This document shows positions 1 to 13,501 of a stretch of 64,000 nucleotides of DNA, piece after piece. Position 1 is the first letter of the stretch. Each line of letters opens with the position of its first letter. Below the pieces are notes generated by a model. The model was not told the DNA's origin, ran no database searches, and saw only the letters and a list, made by a program, of their open reading frames with translations. A program made the position numbers and the translations under genes. Origin of the DNA: Vicinamibacterales bacterium (lineage in GTDB: Bacteria > Acidobacteriota > Vicinamibacteria > Vicinamibacterales > UBA8438); contig OY760136.1 in assembly GCA_963663195.1 (NCBI GenBank), positions 4,359,079 through 4,423,078 of the forward strand, in the 5' to 3' direction.

Positions 1-860
1 ACCACGCGGACGGCCTCCACCAGCCCGGAGACGCGCCCGGCCGGCAGGTCGACCTGCGTCACGTCGCCGGTGATCACCGCCTTCGACCCGAACCCCAGCC
101 GGGTCAGGAACATCTTCATCTGCTCGCTGGTGGTGTTCTGGGCCTCGTCCAGGATGACGAAGGCGTCGTTCAGGGTCCGGCCGCGCATGAAGGCAATCGG
201 CGCGATCTCGATCACGCCGCGCTCCAGCAGGCGGTTGATGCGCTCGGCGTCGAGCATGTCGTAGAGGGCGTCATAAAGCGGCCGCAGGTACGGATTGACC
301 TTCTGCTGGAGATCACCGGGCAGGAATCCCAGCTTCTCGCCCGCCTCCACCGCCGGACGGGCCAGGATGATGCGGTTCACCCGTTTGGACGTCAGGAACG
401 CCACCGCCTCGGCCATGGCCAGGTACGTCTTGCCGGTGCCGGCCAGCCCTACGCCGAGCACGATGTCGTGGCTCTCGATGGCGTCGAGGTAGCGCCGCTG
501 GTTCACGCTCTTCGGCCGGACCTGCCGGCGGCTGGACGGCCGCACCGGCGCGCGCAGCAGATAGTCGCGGACGTCGACGGCGGCATCCTCGGCCACCAGC
601 CGGGCCGCCTGCTGCACGTCTTCATCCGACAGCGGATAGCCCTCGCGGATCAGGTTGGCGAGCTGCTCCACCATCTGCTCGATGCGCGCGAGGTTCGCGA
701 CGTCGCCGCTGACCAGCAACGCGTGGCCGTCGGTCTGGATGCGTACGTCGAACTGGCGCTCGAACTGGCGTAGGTTCTCGTCGTGCGACCCGAACAGGGT
801 CTCGATGCCCTCGTCGGGCACCGTAATCTTGATGAGAGAGGGTGTAGTTATTTCAACCAC
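1..860 (-). CDS. phoH: PhoH family ATPase (3' end runs off the window)
   Basis: Not in the ORF track. Manual minus-strand translation gives GPAGTGKT-like [54 protein letters not shown] and GDVTQVDLP. The GTG start at 860 is tentative. Confidence 0.93.
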   Translation of the reverse strand, partial: MVEITTPSLIKITVPDEGIETLFGSHDENLRQFERQFDVRIQTDGHALLVSGDVANLARIEQMVEQLANLIREGYPLSDEDVQQAARLVAEDAAVDVRDYLLRAPVRPSSRRQVRPKSVNQRRYLDAIESHDIVLGVGLAGTGKTYLAMAEAVAFLTSKRVNRIILARPAVEAGEKLGFLPGDLQQKVNPYLRPLYDALYDMLDAERINRLLERGVIEIAPIAFMRGRTLNDAFVILDEAQNTTSEQMKMFLTRLGFGSKAVITGDVTQVDLPAGRVSGLVEAVRV

Positions 861-957
861 CAGGCGCGCTCGACGACCGGCGCGCACCCATCGATGTGTA
901 CCACGCACGCCGCCCGGTGGTCAAGCATTCTACAATCACCAGCGGGGGAACACTGAC

Positions 958-2145
958 ATGCCGACAACGCCCGCCAGATTCTCGCCGCTTGCCTTTATCG
1001 TCCTGGGGCTTCTTCTCTCCGGCGGGTTGCATGGCTGCGAAGCGCCGCAGACCTCCAGCGATTCGCCCGAGCAAGTGCCGCAATTCGAGGTTGATTCGTC
1101 CTGGCAGTGGCCGCCGGAGCTGCCGAACGACTGGGTCGTCGGCGTCGTGACGTGGGTCGACGTGGACCGGCACGATCACGTATGGGTGTTGCATCGGCCG
1201 CGGCAGGTGCCGGAAGGACTCGAGGATCGCGCCGCGCCGCCGGTGCTCGAGTTCGACGCGGACGGCCGGTTCGTGCAGGCGTGGGGCGGACCGGGCGAAG
1301 GCTACGACTGGGGCGACATGGAGCACAGCCTCTCGGTCGACCACCAGGACAACGTCTGGCTCACCTTCCACAACCCGCTCGAACGATCCTGGGCCGCACC
1401 GGTGTGGCGGACCGACGACATGCTCCTGAAGTTCACGAGCGAGGGGCGCTTCGTCCGGCAACTCGGCGGTCGTGACCTGTACCCGCTGGCGGACGGCGCG
1501 AATACCGACACCGCGAGCGTGCACCTCGCGACCGAAGCGGCCGTGTTTCCCGAGACGAACGAGGTGTTCGTGGCGGACGGCTACGGCAACCGGCGCGTGC
1601 TCGTTCTCGACGCGGATACGCTGGCCTTCAAGCGCATGTGGGGCGCCTTCGGCAGGCAACCGCCCCCGACGCTGGGGCGCGGCGCCGACTCGAGCGCGAA
1701 CATGATCGCCACGACCGATCCCGAGGGACCCGAGCACTTCAACTCGGTGCACGCGGTCAAGCTCTCCCGCGACGGCCTCGTCTACGTCGGCGACCGCAGC
1801 TACCGTCGCATCCAGGTCTTCACCGTCGACGGGGAATACGTCGACCAGGTATTCGTGAATCCCGCCGCGGACGGGTTCAGGACAACGAGCGGCCTGACGT
1901 TCTCACCGGATCCGGAGCAACGGTTCCTGTACGTGGCCGACTACGAGAACGGGCAAATGCACATCCTGAACCGCAAGACGCTCGAGACGCTCGGATCGTT
2001 CGGCGAGCTGGGCGAGGCGCCGGGACAATTCATCGGGCTACACACGGTCGCCGCCGATTCGCAGGGGAACCTGTGGACCGCCGAAACGCAGCCGAAACCG
2101 GTGGGCTCGCGGGTTCAGCGGCTCGTCTTCAAGGGGATTTCGTAG
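958..2145 (+). CDS. NHL-repeat / PAL-like 6-bladed beta-propeller lipoprotein
   Basis: The ATG at 958 begins a signal peptide with lipobox LHGC. Repeated NHL motifs follow (VFVADGYGNRRV, VYVGDRSYRRIQVF, LYVADYENG, GEAPGQFIGLH). Confidence 0.8.
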   Translation: MPTTPARFSPLAFIVLGLLLSGGLHGCEAPQTSSDSPEQVPQFEVDSSWQWPPELPNDWVVGVVTWVDVDRHDHVWVLHRPRQVPEGLEDRAAPPVLEFDADGRFVQAWGGPGEGYDWGDMEHSLSVDHQDNVWLTFHNPLERSWAAPVWRTDDMLLKFTSEGRFVRQLGGRDLYPLADGANTDTASVHLATEAAVFPETNEVFVADGYGNRRVLVLDADTLAFKRMWGAFGRQPPPTLGRGADSSANMIATTDPEGPEHFNSVHAVKLSRDGLVYVGDRSYRRIQVFTVDGEYVDQVFVNPAADGFRTTSGLTFSPDPEQRFLYVADYENGQMHILNRKTLETLGSFGELGEAPGQFIGLHTVAADSQGNLWTAETQPKPVGSRVQRLVFKGIS

Positions 2146-2165
2146 CCGCGGCGCCCGGCGCCCTG

Positions 2166-3928
<1,763 letters not shown>

Positions 3929-3932
<4 letters not shown>

Positions 3933-5194
3933 GGGGCGCCGCATTCCTTCCGCATCCGGCGCAGGCGCTCGACGGCGTCGCCGCGCGGCACCGTCTCCTG
4001 TTCGCCGGTTGTCATGTCCTTGAGTGAAACCTTGCCGTCCGCCAGCTCGTCCGCGCCCAGGATCAAAACCCGGGCCGCCTGCGTCTTGCCGGCGCGCTTC
4101 ATCTGCGAACGGGGCGACCGGTTATCGTAGTCGACCAGCGCACACACGCCCGCATGCCGCAGGTCACGGGCCAGCACCTGCGCCGGCAGGCGCGCCTCCT
4201 CGCCGATGGCCACGACGTACGCGTCGGGCGGTGCGGCGGCCGCCGCGTCGGGCGGCATCGCCAGCACGAGGCGCTCCAGGCCGGCCGCGAACCCTATGCC
4301 GGGGCGGTCCGGCCCGCCGAGCTGCTTGACGAGACCGTCGTAGCGCCCGCCGCCGAGCAGCGCGTCCTGGGCGCCGAGCGCCCGCCCGAGTATCTCGAAC
4401 GTGGTGCGGCTGTAGTAGTCGAGGCCGCGCACCAGCCGGTGCGATATGCGGTACGGCGCGCCGAACGCGTCGAGCGCCTGCCGCACGGCGGCGAAATGCT
4501 CGCGGCAGGGCTCGCAGAGATAGTCGACCGTATGCGGCAGACTGTCGATGAGCGGCTGGTCGGCCGGCTGCTTGCAGTCGAATATCCGCAGCGGGTTGGT
4601 CTGCGCGCGCCGCCGGCAGTCGCCGCACAGGTCGGCCACGCGCTCTCCCAGGGCGGCGAGCAGTGCCCGGCTGAACGCCGGCCGGCACGCGGGGCAGCCG
4701 ACCGTGTTGATCACGAGCTCGGACTCCGTGATTCCCAGCGCGGCCACCAGGTGGGCCGCCATCTCGATCACCTCGGCATCCAGCGCGGGCGCCTCGACGC
4801 CGAACGCCTCGACGTCCAGCTGGTGGAACTGCCGGTAGCGCCCCTTCTGCGGCCGCTCGTAGCGGAACATCGGCCCCACGCCGTACACCTTCGCCGTCGG
4901 CAGCGCCTGCTCCAGCGCGTGCTCGACGAATGCCCGCACCAGGCTGGGCGTCGCCTCGGGCCGCAGCGTGACGCGCTCGCCGCCCTTGTCCGTGAAGGCG
5001 TACATCTCCTTCTGGACGATGTCGGTCGATTCGCCCGTGCCCTTGGCGAAGAGCTCCTCGCGCTCGATCACGGGCGTGCGGACCTCGCGGTACCCGTAAC
5101 GGCGGCAGACGTCGTGCGCCACCTGCTCCAGGTGCTGCCAACGTTCGACTTCGCCGGGGACGACATCGCGGGTACCGCGAACGGCTGGAATCAT
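3929..5194 (-). CDS. hisS: Histidine--tRNA ligase
   Basis: MIPAVRGTRD start, LRPEAT, FRYERPQKGRYRQFHQ, LVRGLDYY and GGGRYDGL. The true start is trimmed to the ATG at 5194. Confidence 0.98.
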
Positions 5195-5244
5195 GGGATG
5201 CGGGGCAAGTCCGTGGCGATTATACCCGCGCGCCCGCCGGTGCA

Positions 5245-5530
5245 GGCCGCGCACAGCGCGGCCCGCCCGCCACGGAGTGGGGCAATGCCCATTTAGCGAC
5301 GAAGTAGCAAAACCCCTCTGACGTTGAAGTACGGAAGGGGACGGCAACATGGAAGCGTCCGTCCCCAGGCCGCGCACAGCGCGGCCCGCCGGCCACGGAG
5401 TGGGGCGAAGGGCCCCCGCGAGTGGCCGGCGGGGTTTGGGGCGCAGCCCCAAGGAGGTGATGCCCACGGAGTGGGGCAATGGGGTCCCCGCGAGTGGCCG
5501 GCGGGGGTTTGGGGCGCAGCCCCATCTAAC
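5245..5530. repeat. Cluster of three partial copies of a REP-like GC-rich repeat
   Basis: GGCCGCGCACAGCGCGGCCCGCC at 5245 and 5368. CCACGGAGTGGGGC three times. CCCCGCGAGTGGCCGGCGGGG(G)TTTGGGGCGCAGCCCCA twice. Confidence 0.85.
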
Positions 5531-5553
5531 AAAGCTGCGATAATGGACCGCAG

Positions 5554-6573
5554 ATGTCCACCCTCGACCGTCGCGGCAGACCGCTCGGCAGCCTGCGGAT
5601 CTCCGTGACCGACCGCTGCAACCTGCGCTGCCAGTACTGCATGCCGGAGCCCGAGTACGTCTGGCTGCCCCGCTCGGACATTCTGGCATTCGAGGAAATC
5701 GGCGCCCTCGCCGACGTGTTCACCGGCCTCGGCGTGGACCGGGTGCGGCTGACCGGCGGCGAGCCGCTGCTGCGCACCGACCTGCCGGACCTGATCCGCA
5801 TGTTGGCCGGAAGGCCGGCCATCCGTGACCTGGCGCTGACCACCAACGGCCTGCTACTGGGCGAGCAGGCGGCGGCGCTGCGGGCGGCCGGACTGCCCCG
5901 CATCACCGTGAGCCTGGATACGCTGCGCCCCGAACGCTTCCGCGACCTGACGCGCGTGAACGCGCTCGACGCCGTGCAAGCGGGTCTCGCCGAGGCCGCG
6001 CGGCGCTTCGATGTCGTCAAGATCGACACCGTCGTCATCCGCGGACTCAACGATGACGAGCTGATAGACATCCTGGAGTACGGCCGGACGCTCGGCGCCG
6101 AGGTCCGCTTCATCGAGTACATGGACGTCGGCGGCGCCACGCGCTGGTCGCTTGCGGATGTCGTCTCGCGCGCGGAAATGCTGCGCGCGATCGAAGCGCA
6201 CTACGGCCGGGTGCAGCCGGTCGAGGAACGCACGTCCGCGCCGGCGGATCGCTTTCGTCTGGACGACGGCTCCACGTTCGGCATCATCTCCTCCACGACG
6301 GCGCCGTTCTGCAGCACCTGCGACCGCAGCCGGCTGACGGCCGACGGCATGTGGTACCTCTGTCTGTACGCGCTGGCCGGCACCAACCTGCGGGATCCGT
6401 TGCGGGCCGGCGGCGCCCCGGAAGAGCTGCGGCGGCTGATTGAATCGGTGTGGACGGCGCGCGACGACCGCGGCGCCGAGCTGCGCGCGGCGGCGGCGGA
6501 CCGGCGGCCGCTCATCCCCGTCGAGACGCTCCGGAAAGCACCGCACCTGGAGATGCATACCCGGGGCGGATAG
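5554..6573 (+). CDS. moaA: GTP 3',8-cyclase MoaA
   Basis: LRISVTDRCNLRCQYC, RLTGGEPLLR, FCSTCDRSRLTADG...CL and a C-terminal GG. Confidence 0.97.
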   Translation: MSTLDRRGRPLGSLRISVTDRCNLRCQYCMPEPEYVWLPRSDILAFEEIGALADVFTGLGVDRVRLTGGEPLLRTDLPDLIRMLAGRPAIRDLALTTNGLLLGEQAAALRAAGLPRITVSLDTLRPERFRDLTRVNALDAVQAGLAEAARRFDVVKIDTVVIRGLNDDELIDILEYGRTLGAEVRFIEYMDVGGATRWSLADVVSRAEMLRAIEAHYGRVQPVEERTSAPADRFRLDDGSTFGIISSTTAPFCSTCDRSRLTADGMWYLCLYALAGTNLRDPLRAGGAPEELRRLIESVWTARDDRGAELRAAAADRRPLIPVETLRKAPHLEMHTRGG

Positions 6574-8008
6574 CGATAGCCCGGCCGGCGATGCCACGCA
6601 GCATGCCACCGAAGATGCGCGCGTGCGCCGGATAGATTCCGTACCAATAGCAGAGTCCGAGCAGGCCGGCCGGCTCGATCACGGAAGTCTGGCGGATGAT
6701 GGACCGCGTTGCGCCGTGAGGCTCCACCTCGAACTCGAGCCAGGCGCGCCCGGGCAGCTTCATTTCCGCCGCCAGCCGCAGGCGGGCATTCGGCTCGTAC
6801 GCCTCGACGCGCCAGCAGTCGAGCGGATCGCCGACCGCGGGCGTATCCGGGTCGCGGCGGCCGCGGCGCATGCCGACGCCGCCCAGCAGCAGGTCGATCG
6901 CGCCCCGCAGTTGCCATAGCCAGTCGAGGCCGTACCACCCGTTGCGGCCGCCGATCCGCCGGATGGGCGCGAATGCCGCCGCGGGCGGGGCGTCGACCAC
7001 GAGCGAGCGGGTGTCGAACAGGCGAGGGCCGATGCGCACGCCGCCCCAGGCGGACGGCAATCCCGTCGACGAGACCGCGTCCGACCAGCGCGTGACCGCG
7101 AAGTGATGGTCCTCGTTCGCGATGGCCCGCGCGATTGCCCTCCGCAGCCCCATGGGCCGGATGACGAAGGCGTCGCGCGCGGCGCGATCGCGAACCACCG
7201 TCGCGTTGCGGAGCCCGTCGATCAGCCTGCGGCCAATGCGTGCGTAGACCGGCGTTGTCAGGCCCAGCCACAGACTGGAGAGCCGCGGAGAGAGCAGCGG
7301 CACCGGAATCAGCCGTCGCCGCAGGCCGCGCTGCCGCGCGTATTCCAGCATGATTTCGCGGTACGAGACCTGCTCGGCGCCGCCCACCTCGAACGTGCGG
7401 GACGCGCCGTTCCGCAGGTGAAGCGCCGCCATCAGGTAGGCGATCAGATCCTCCACCGCGATCGGCTGGGTCGGCGTGCGGATCCACGTCGGACACACCA
7501 TCACCGGCAACCGCTCGACCAATGCCCGAATCAGCTCGAATGACAGGCTGCCGGAACCGAGCACGATGCCGCTGCGCAGCTCGACGACCGGCACGCCCGA
7601 CGCCCGCAGCACCGCGCCGGTCTCGTGCCGGCTCCGCAGATGCTGCGACAGGTGGTCGCGGTCGCCCAGCCCGCCCAGGTAGATGATCCGCCGCACTCCC
7701 GCAATCCGCGCCGCGTCGCCCAGGTTGCGGGCGGCGGCGCGGTCCCGCGCCGCGAAATCGCCGGGCGAGGCCATCGAGTGGACCAGGTAGTACACCACCT
7801 CGATGCCGTCACAGACGCCGCGGAGCGAGTCCGCATCGAGGCAATCGCCGCGCACGACCGAGGTCCCGGGAGCGGCGCGCGACGCCACGAAATCAGGATG
7901 CCGGGCGAGACAGCGGACCGAGTGCCCGCGCGCCTCCAGCGCCCGCAGCAGCCGGCCGCCGACATAACCGCTGGCGCCGGTCAGCAGGATGCGATGTCGT
8001 TTTTCCAC
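6512..8008 (-). CDS. Atypical SDR with C-terminal DUF2867/SRPBCC domain (YbjT-like)
   Basis: ILLTGASGYVG, YYLVHSM, HLRSRHETG and AEMKLPGRAWLEF motifs. The GTG start at 8008 is inferred. Confidence 0.85.
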   Translation of the reverse strand: MEKRHRILLTGASGYVGGRLLRALEARGHSVRCLARHPDFVASRAAPGTSVVRGDCLDADSLRGVCDGIEVVYYLVHSMASPGDFAARDRAAARNLGDAARIAGVRRIIYLGGLGDRDHLSQHLRSRHETGAVLRASGVPVVELRSGIVLGSGSLSFELIRALVERLPVMVCPTWIRTPTQPIAVEDLIAYLMAALHLRNGASRTFEVGGAEQVSYREIMLEYARQRGLRRRLIPVPLLSPRLSSLWLGLTTPVYARIGRRLIDGLRNATVVRDRAARDAFVIRPMGLRRAIARAIANEDHHFAVTRWSDAVSSTGLPSAWGGVRIGPRLFDTRSLVVDAPPAAAFAPIRRIGGRNGWYGLDWLWQLRGAIDLLLGGVGMRRGRRDPDTPAVGDPLDCWRVEAYEPNARLRLAAEMKLPGRAWLEFEVEPHGATRSIIRQTSVIEPAGLLGLCYWYGIYPAHARIFGGMLRGIAGRAIAIRPGYASPGAVLSGASRRG

Positions 8009-8112
8009 TTCCAGAATGTACGACGCGCCGGGAGGCCGGAAAGGTGCACGGCGCACGCACAAGAGCGCCGGCAATGCCCGAAATGGCGTCGAAACGGGGC
8101 CGCGGGAGGTGG

Positions 8113-9210
8113 CTATACGAAGCGGACCAGACGCACGTTGAGGGTGCGCGTCTTGCCGCCGGCGCCCTTCCACTGAACGAGGATCGGGCTCTGGTAGGTG
8201 CCCCAGCCGATCTCTCCGACGCCCTCGCCCTGGCGGTCGAGGACGGGCAGGCTGATGCCGCGCTTCATCCGCAGGAAGTGGGACACCGGCAGCGCCAGCG
8301 CCCGGTTGACCATCCGCTCGACCAGCGAGCGGCGCGCGCCGACCTGGTCCACGAGCTTGTTGAACACCTGGACCACGTCGTACTGCGCGTAGTTGAGCAC
8401 CTTGGCCGGTATGGCGCGCGGCGCCTGGAGGGCCTCCCTTCCGATCTGCTTCGCGAAGCGCAGCGGGTCGCGCAGCACGTCCCGCAGATCGTGGGTCATG
8501 AGCAGGGTTTCGTATTCGTTGACCGTCAGGCCGGCGTTGCGCTCGTCAAGGGGCAGGGAGATTTCGAATCGCCCGAACGCCACCCCGTGCTCGCGCGCCA
8601 GCGTCTCCAACTGGCCGATCAGGCCGAGGCCCGGATCCCGCAGGTTCTGGGCGTCTATGGAACGCGCCGACGCGGGCACCTGGACCTGAATGCGGGAGAC
8701 TTCCTCTTCCCCGGCATAGGCGATTACCGTCGTGCGCCTGTGCCGGGTGCCCCCGACGTGGACCCCGTCCAGCTCCACGAACCACACCGGCTCGTCCCCG
8801 CGCAGCTCGTACGACGTGGCGCTGCGCAAACCGCTCCCCATGAACGCGAGGTGCGAATCCGCATTCTGCGGCTCGACGGCGCGCTGCTGCTCCGACAGCT
8901 CGGTGCGCAGGTGCAGCTTGTCGTGGACGTAGTCGGCGCCGGCCGGAAACAGCTTCAGGAATACCTGGAGGTAGTCCTCGATATTGCCGCTGTCGTGGTC
9001 CAGCACCTTTGCGAGACGCTGGTCCAGATAGCCGGCGGTCGTGTGGTCCGAGATGTAGAACGCCTTGGGATAGCGCGTGAACTCCGACCCGAATTCCTCG
9101 CGCAGCTTGCCGCGCACATCGATCAGATCGACGCGCGAAGCCGGTTTGATGCGCAGTGTCGCGTGGAACGGCCCACCATCCGCGTGGGTGTGCCGATTGA
9201 CCAGAATCAT
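8113..9210 (-). CDS. Hypothetical protein with two tandem YjbQ/UPF0047-like domains
   Basis: Domain 1 has HTTAG, YVHD, NADSHL and FVELDG..R.R. Domain 2 has AGLTVNE, SHF and GTYQ. Confidence 0.65.
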   Translation of the reverse strand: MILVNRHTHADGGPFHATLRIKPASRVDLIDVRGKLREEFGSEFTRYPKAFYISDHTTAGYLDQRLAKVLDHDSGNIEDYLQVFLKLFPAGADYVHDKLHLRTELSEQQRAVEPQNADSHLAFMGSGLRSATSYELRGDEPVWFVELDGVHVGGTRHRRTTVIAYAGEEEVSRIQVQVPASARSIDAQNLRDPGLGLIGQLETLAREHGVAFGRFEISLPLDERNAGLTVNEYETLLMTHDLRDVLRDPLRFAKQIGREALQAPRAIPAKVLNYAQYDVVQVFNKLVDQVGARRSLVERMVNRALALPVSHFLRMKRGISLPVLDRQGEGVGEIGWGTYQSPILVQWKGAGGKTRTLNVRLVRFV

Positions 9211-9304
9211 TTACGGGTTCCGCAGTATACAAGTTACACAATCGGCCCCGCACGTTGATGGGCGGAACCCGAGGGGCGCGCGCACGCCGGCCGGTAGTGC
9301 GGCA

Positions 9305-11116
9305 TTACGCCGGGCAGCAGGGGCACGTCGGAGCGGACGGTGCGAAGCTGCTGGAGGCAGCCTGCGCCCGTCCGGGAGTGGTCGCGGGCGCCCGGGCTGC
9401 GGCGGCCGCGGCCATCGCCGCGGAGGACGTACCGGCGGCTGCGCGCACAGGCCGTTCCCCGCGCCGGGCCTGCGCCGGCCGTTCGCCGCCGCCCCGGTAA
9501 CCGGTGAAGATCTGATAGTGGCGCAGGTCCACCGTGCCGTCGATGCGGATGGCGTCGGGGCCGGTCACCTCGAAACGCCGGAACGGCTCGCCGTCGCACA
9601 GGATGAACACCTGGGCGGGATCCGGCAGGTGCGTGATGCTCCAGCTCGTCTCCTGGCCGCGGCGGTCGGGCGCGGCGGCATAGGTGCCGACGTGCAGCAC
9701 ACCGCTTGCCGCGTCGTTCCACGCCTGGTAGAGCCCGAGCGTCGGGAAGTCGACACCCTCGACGGTCGGCGCGTCGTACTTGTCGCGGTGCGGCGCATCG
9801 AACGCCCGCTGCCAGGCATCGCCCTCGCCGACCTCGGCAACCATCTGCATGGCGCTGAGCTGCCCGCGCGGATAGCCCTCGTTCAGGCCGAACCACCAGC
9901 CGAACTTCTCGTCCCGCTCGCCGAAGAAGCGCGGGTCGAACTGCCGCTCGGCGGCGGCGCGCAACCGTTCGAGCGCCGTGTGATCGCCGAGCTCGCGCGC
10001 CAGGATCAACCCGGTCGAGTCGGCCCTGATCTCCCGGCGCGGATCGTTCCAACCGAGGGCCGTGGCCGCCGCCTCATAAAGGAATGTCGCCAGCTCGGGC
10101 TGCTGCGGCAGCAGCAGGAAGGCCGGCACCAGTCCGGCCCCGGCGCCGAGGTTCATCTTGTGGTTGACGACCGGGTCGTAGTAGAGAGTGACCCACTCCA
10201 GCGCGCCGTCGCCGCCGACGCCGACATAGTTGTCACGCGCGAACTCGATCCAGCCTTCCACCGGCCGATGCGCGGTGCGGCCATGGATTCGGTCGTACAG
10301 CTGAAGCCCGAGCCCGGCGGCGCTGTTGCAGGCGAACCAGATCTTGGTGTTCTCGCAGTGTGGACCCTCGGGGCGCTCGCGGTACTGCCGCTCCAGGAGC
10401 CCGGCGATGCGGTGCTGGTCCCACTGGAACACTTCGTCGCCGTAGCCGGTCACGTCGAACGGACGCTCGTACTTGTCGTCGCCCGACACGTAGCGGTAGA
10501 CGCCGAGCACCAGGTTGAACCAGCCGCGGAAGAACAGGTTCCCCTCGGAGCCGATCGGATCGCGCGACAGGCCCCAGGGCTCGACGCCGTTCGCCGTCCA
10601 CCCGATGCGGTTGTAGCGCCCGCGCAGCCGCTCCGGAATCGCGCCCATCACCTGCTCGGGATCGTTGGCGCGACGCGGGTCGTCGCCGATCTGCGTCAGC
10701 CAGTCGATGGCGCCCCAGTAGGTCGGGTAGCGGCTGGCGAGACCGTCGGCAATGCGCGTGTACACCTCGCGCCAGGCCGGCGTCTGGTCGGCCATCACGA
10801 GCAGCGCGTACGACGAGTTGTGCAGGTCGAAGCGGCCGTAGCTGGTGACGACCGGGCTGGTGTAGCGGTCCCACCACGGGTGCGGCACGCCGTCGGCGCT
10901 CCAGTCGTCCGGCGTGGTGGCCTTCTCCCACAGGAAGCGCAGCCAGCCGCGCGCGCGCCGGTTCAGGGTGGGATGGACGGATCGGGGCGTATCCGCGAGC
11001 TGCGGGGGCGCCTGCGCGGGTTGCGCGGCGAGAGCGCCGGACGAGAGCGCGGCGGCGCCGGCGGCGCCTACCTGCTGCACGAACGCGCGCCGGGAATGTC
11101 TGTCGCTGACGGCTAT
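9305..11116 (-). CDS. Linalool dehydratase/isomerase-like protein with Tat signal and Cys-rich tail
   Basis: CENTKIWFACN resembles LDI CEPDNYFVQCN, and GNLFFRGW resembles ENIMYKGH. An in-frame SRRAFV Tat motif lies upstream of the ORF-track GTG. An ATA at 11116 follows the Shine-Dalgarno (SD) sequence AGGGAGG. Confidence 0.7.
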   Translation of the reverse strand: MAVSDRHSRRAFVQQVGAAGAAALSSGALAAQPAQAPPQLADTPRSVHPTLNRRARGWLRFLWEKATTPDDWSADGVPHPWWDRYTSPVVTSYGRFDLHNSSYALLVMADQTPAWREVYTRIADGLASRYPTYWGAIDWLTQIGDDPRRANDPEQVMGAIPERLRGRYNRIGWTANGVEPWGLSRDPIGSEGNLFFRGWFNLVLGVYRYVSGDDKYERPFDVTGYGDEVFQWDQHRIAGLLERQYRERPEGPHCENTKIWFACNSAAGLGLQLYDRIHGRTAHRPVEGWIEFARDNYVGVGGDGALEWVTLYYDPVVNHKMNLGAGAGLVPAFLLLPQQPELATFLYEAAATALGWNDPRREIRADSTGLILARELGDHTALERLRAAAERQFDPRFFGERDEKFGWWFGLNEGYPRGQLSAMQMVAEVGEGDAWQRAFDAPHRDKYDAPTVEGVDFPTLGLYQAWNDAASGVLHVGTYAAAPDRRGQETSWSITHLPDPAQVFILCDGEPFRRFEVTGPDAIRIDGTVDLRHYQIFTGYRGGGERPAQARRGERPVRAAAGTSSAAMAAAAAARAPATTPGRAQAASSSFAPSAPTCPCCPA

Positions 11117-11178
11117 GGAGGCCTCCCTGAAGGCACCCCGACTATAGCAAACGAGGGAGACCGCCGCAGTCGCCGGAA

Positions 11179-13329
<2,151 letters not shown>

Positions 13330-13501
13330 GGTGACCCCTCGTTGCGTAGATCTATCGCACCATATCCAGTTTTTGATGAGGGGAAAGGATATCCGGGATG
13401 CGAGGCGAACTGCCAGACTTTTTTGCCGTACTGGCGCTGCGGCGGGGTGAGCGGGCGTCAGCGCCGCCGAATGGCCGGACGCCGCGGGGCGCCCGTGACC
13501 G

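Noticed and set aside
5245..5530. Possible CRISPR array or Moco riboswitch upstream of moaA
   Set aside because: The units are unequal and partial, spacing is irregular, there are no cas genes, and the same repeat is dispersed elsewhere. No Moco RNA motif was recognised.
5195..5689. N-terminal extension of hisS in the ORF track
   Set aside because: It is a translation of the REP-like repeats (WGCAPNP-type peptides recur wherever the repeat occurs). The real start is the ATG at 5194.
6512..6573. 62-bp convergent overlap of moaA and the SDR gene as an antisense system
   Set aside because: It is most simply explained by stop-codon drift of the SDR tail in GC-rich DNA.
13330..13501. RiPP precursor peptide for the RRE-like/SPASM enzyme
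   Set aside because: No credible short ORF with an RBS was found here or at 16025-16138. The gap looks like a promoter, with only a weak ATATCC/GGATAT inverted repeat.
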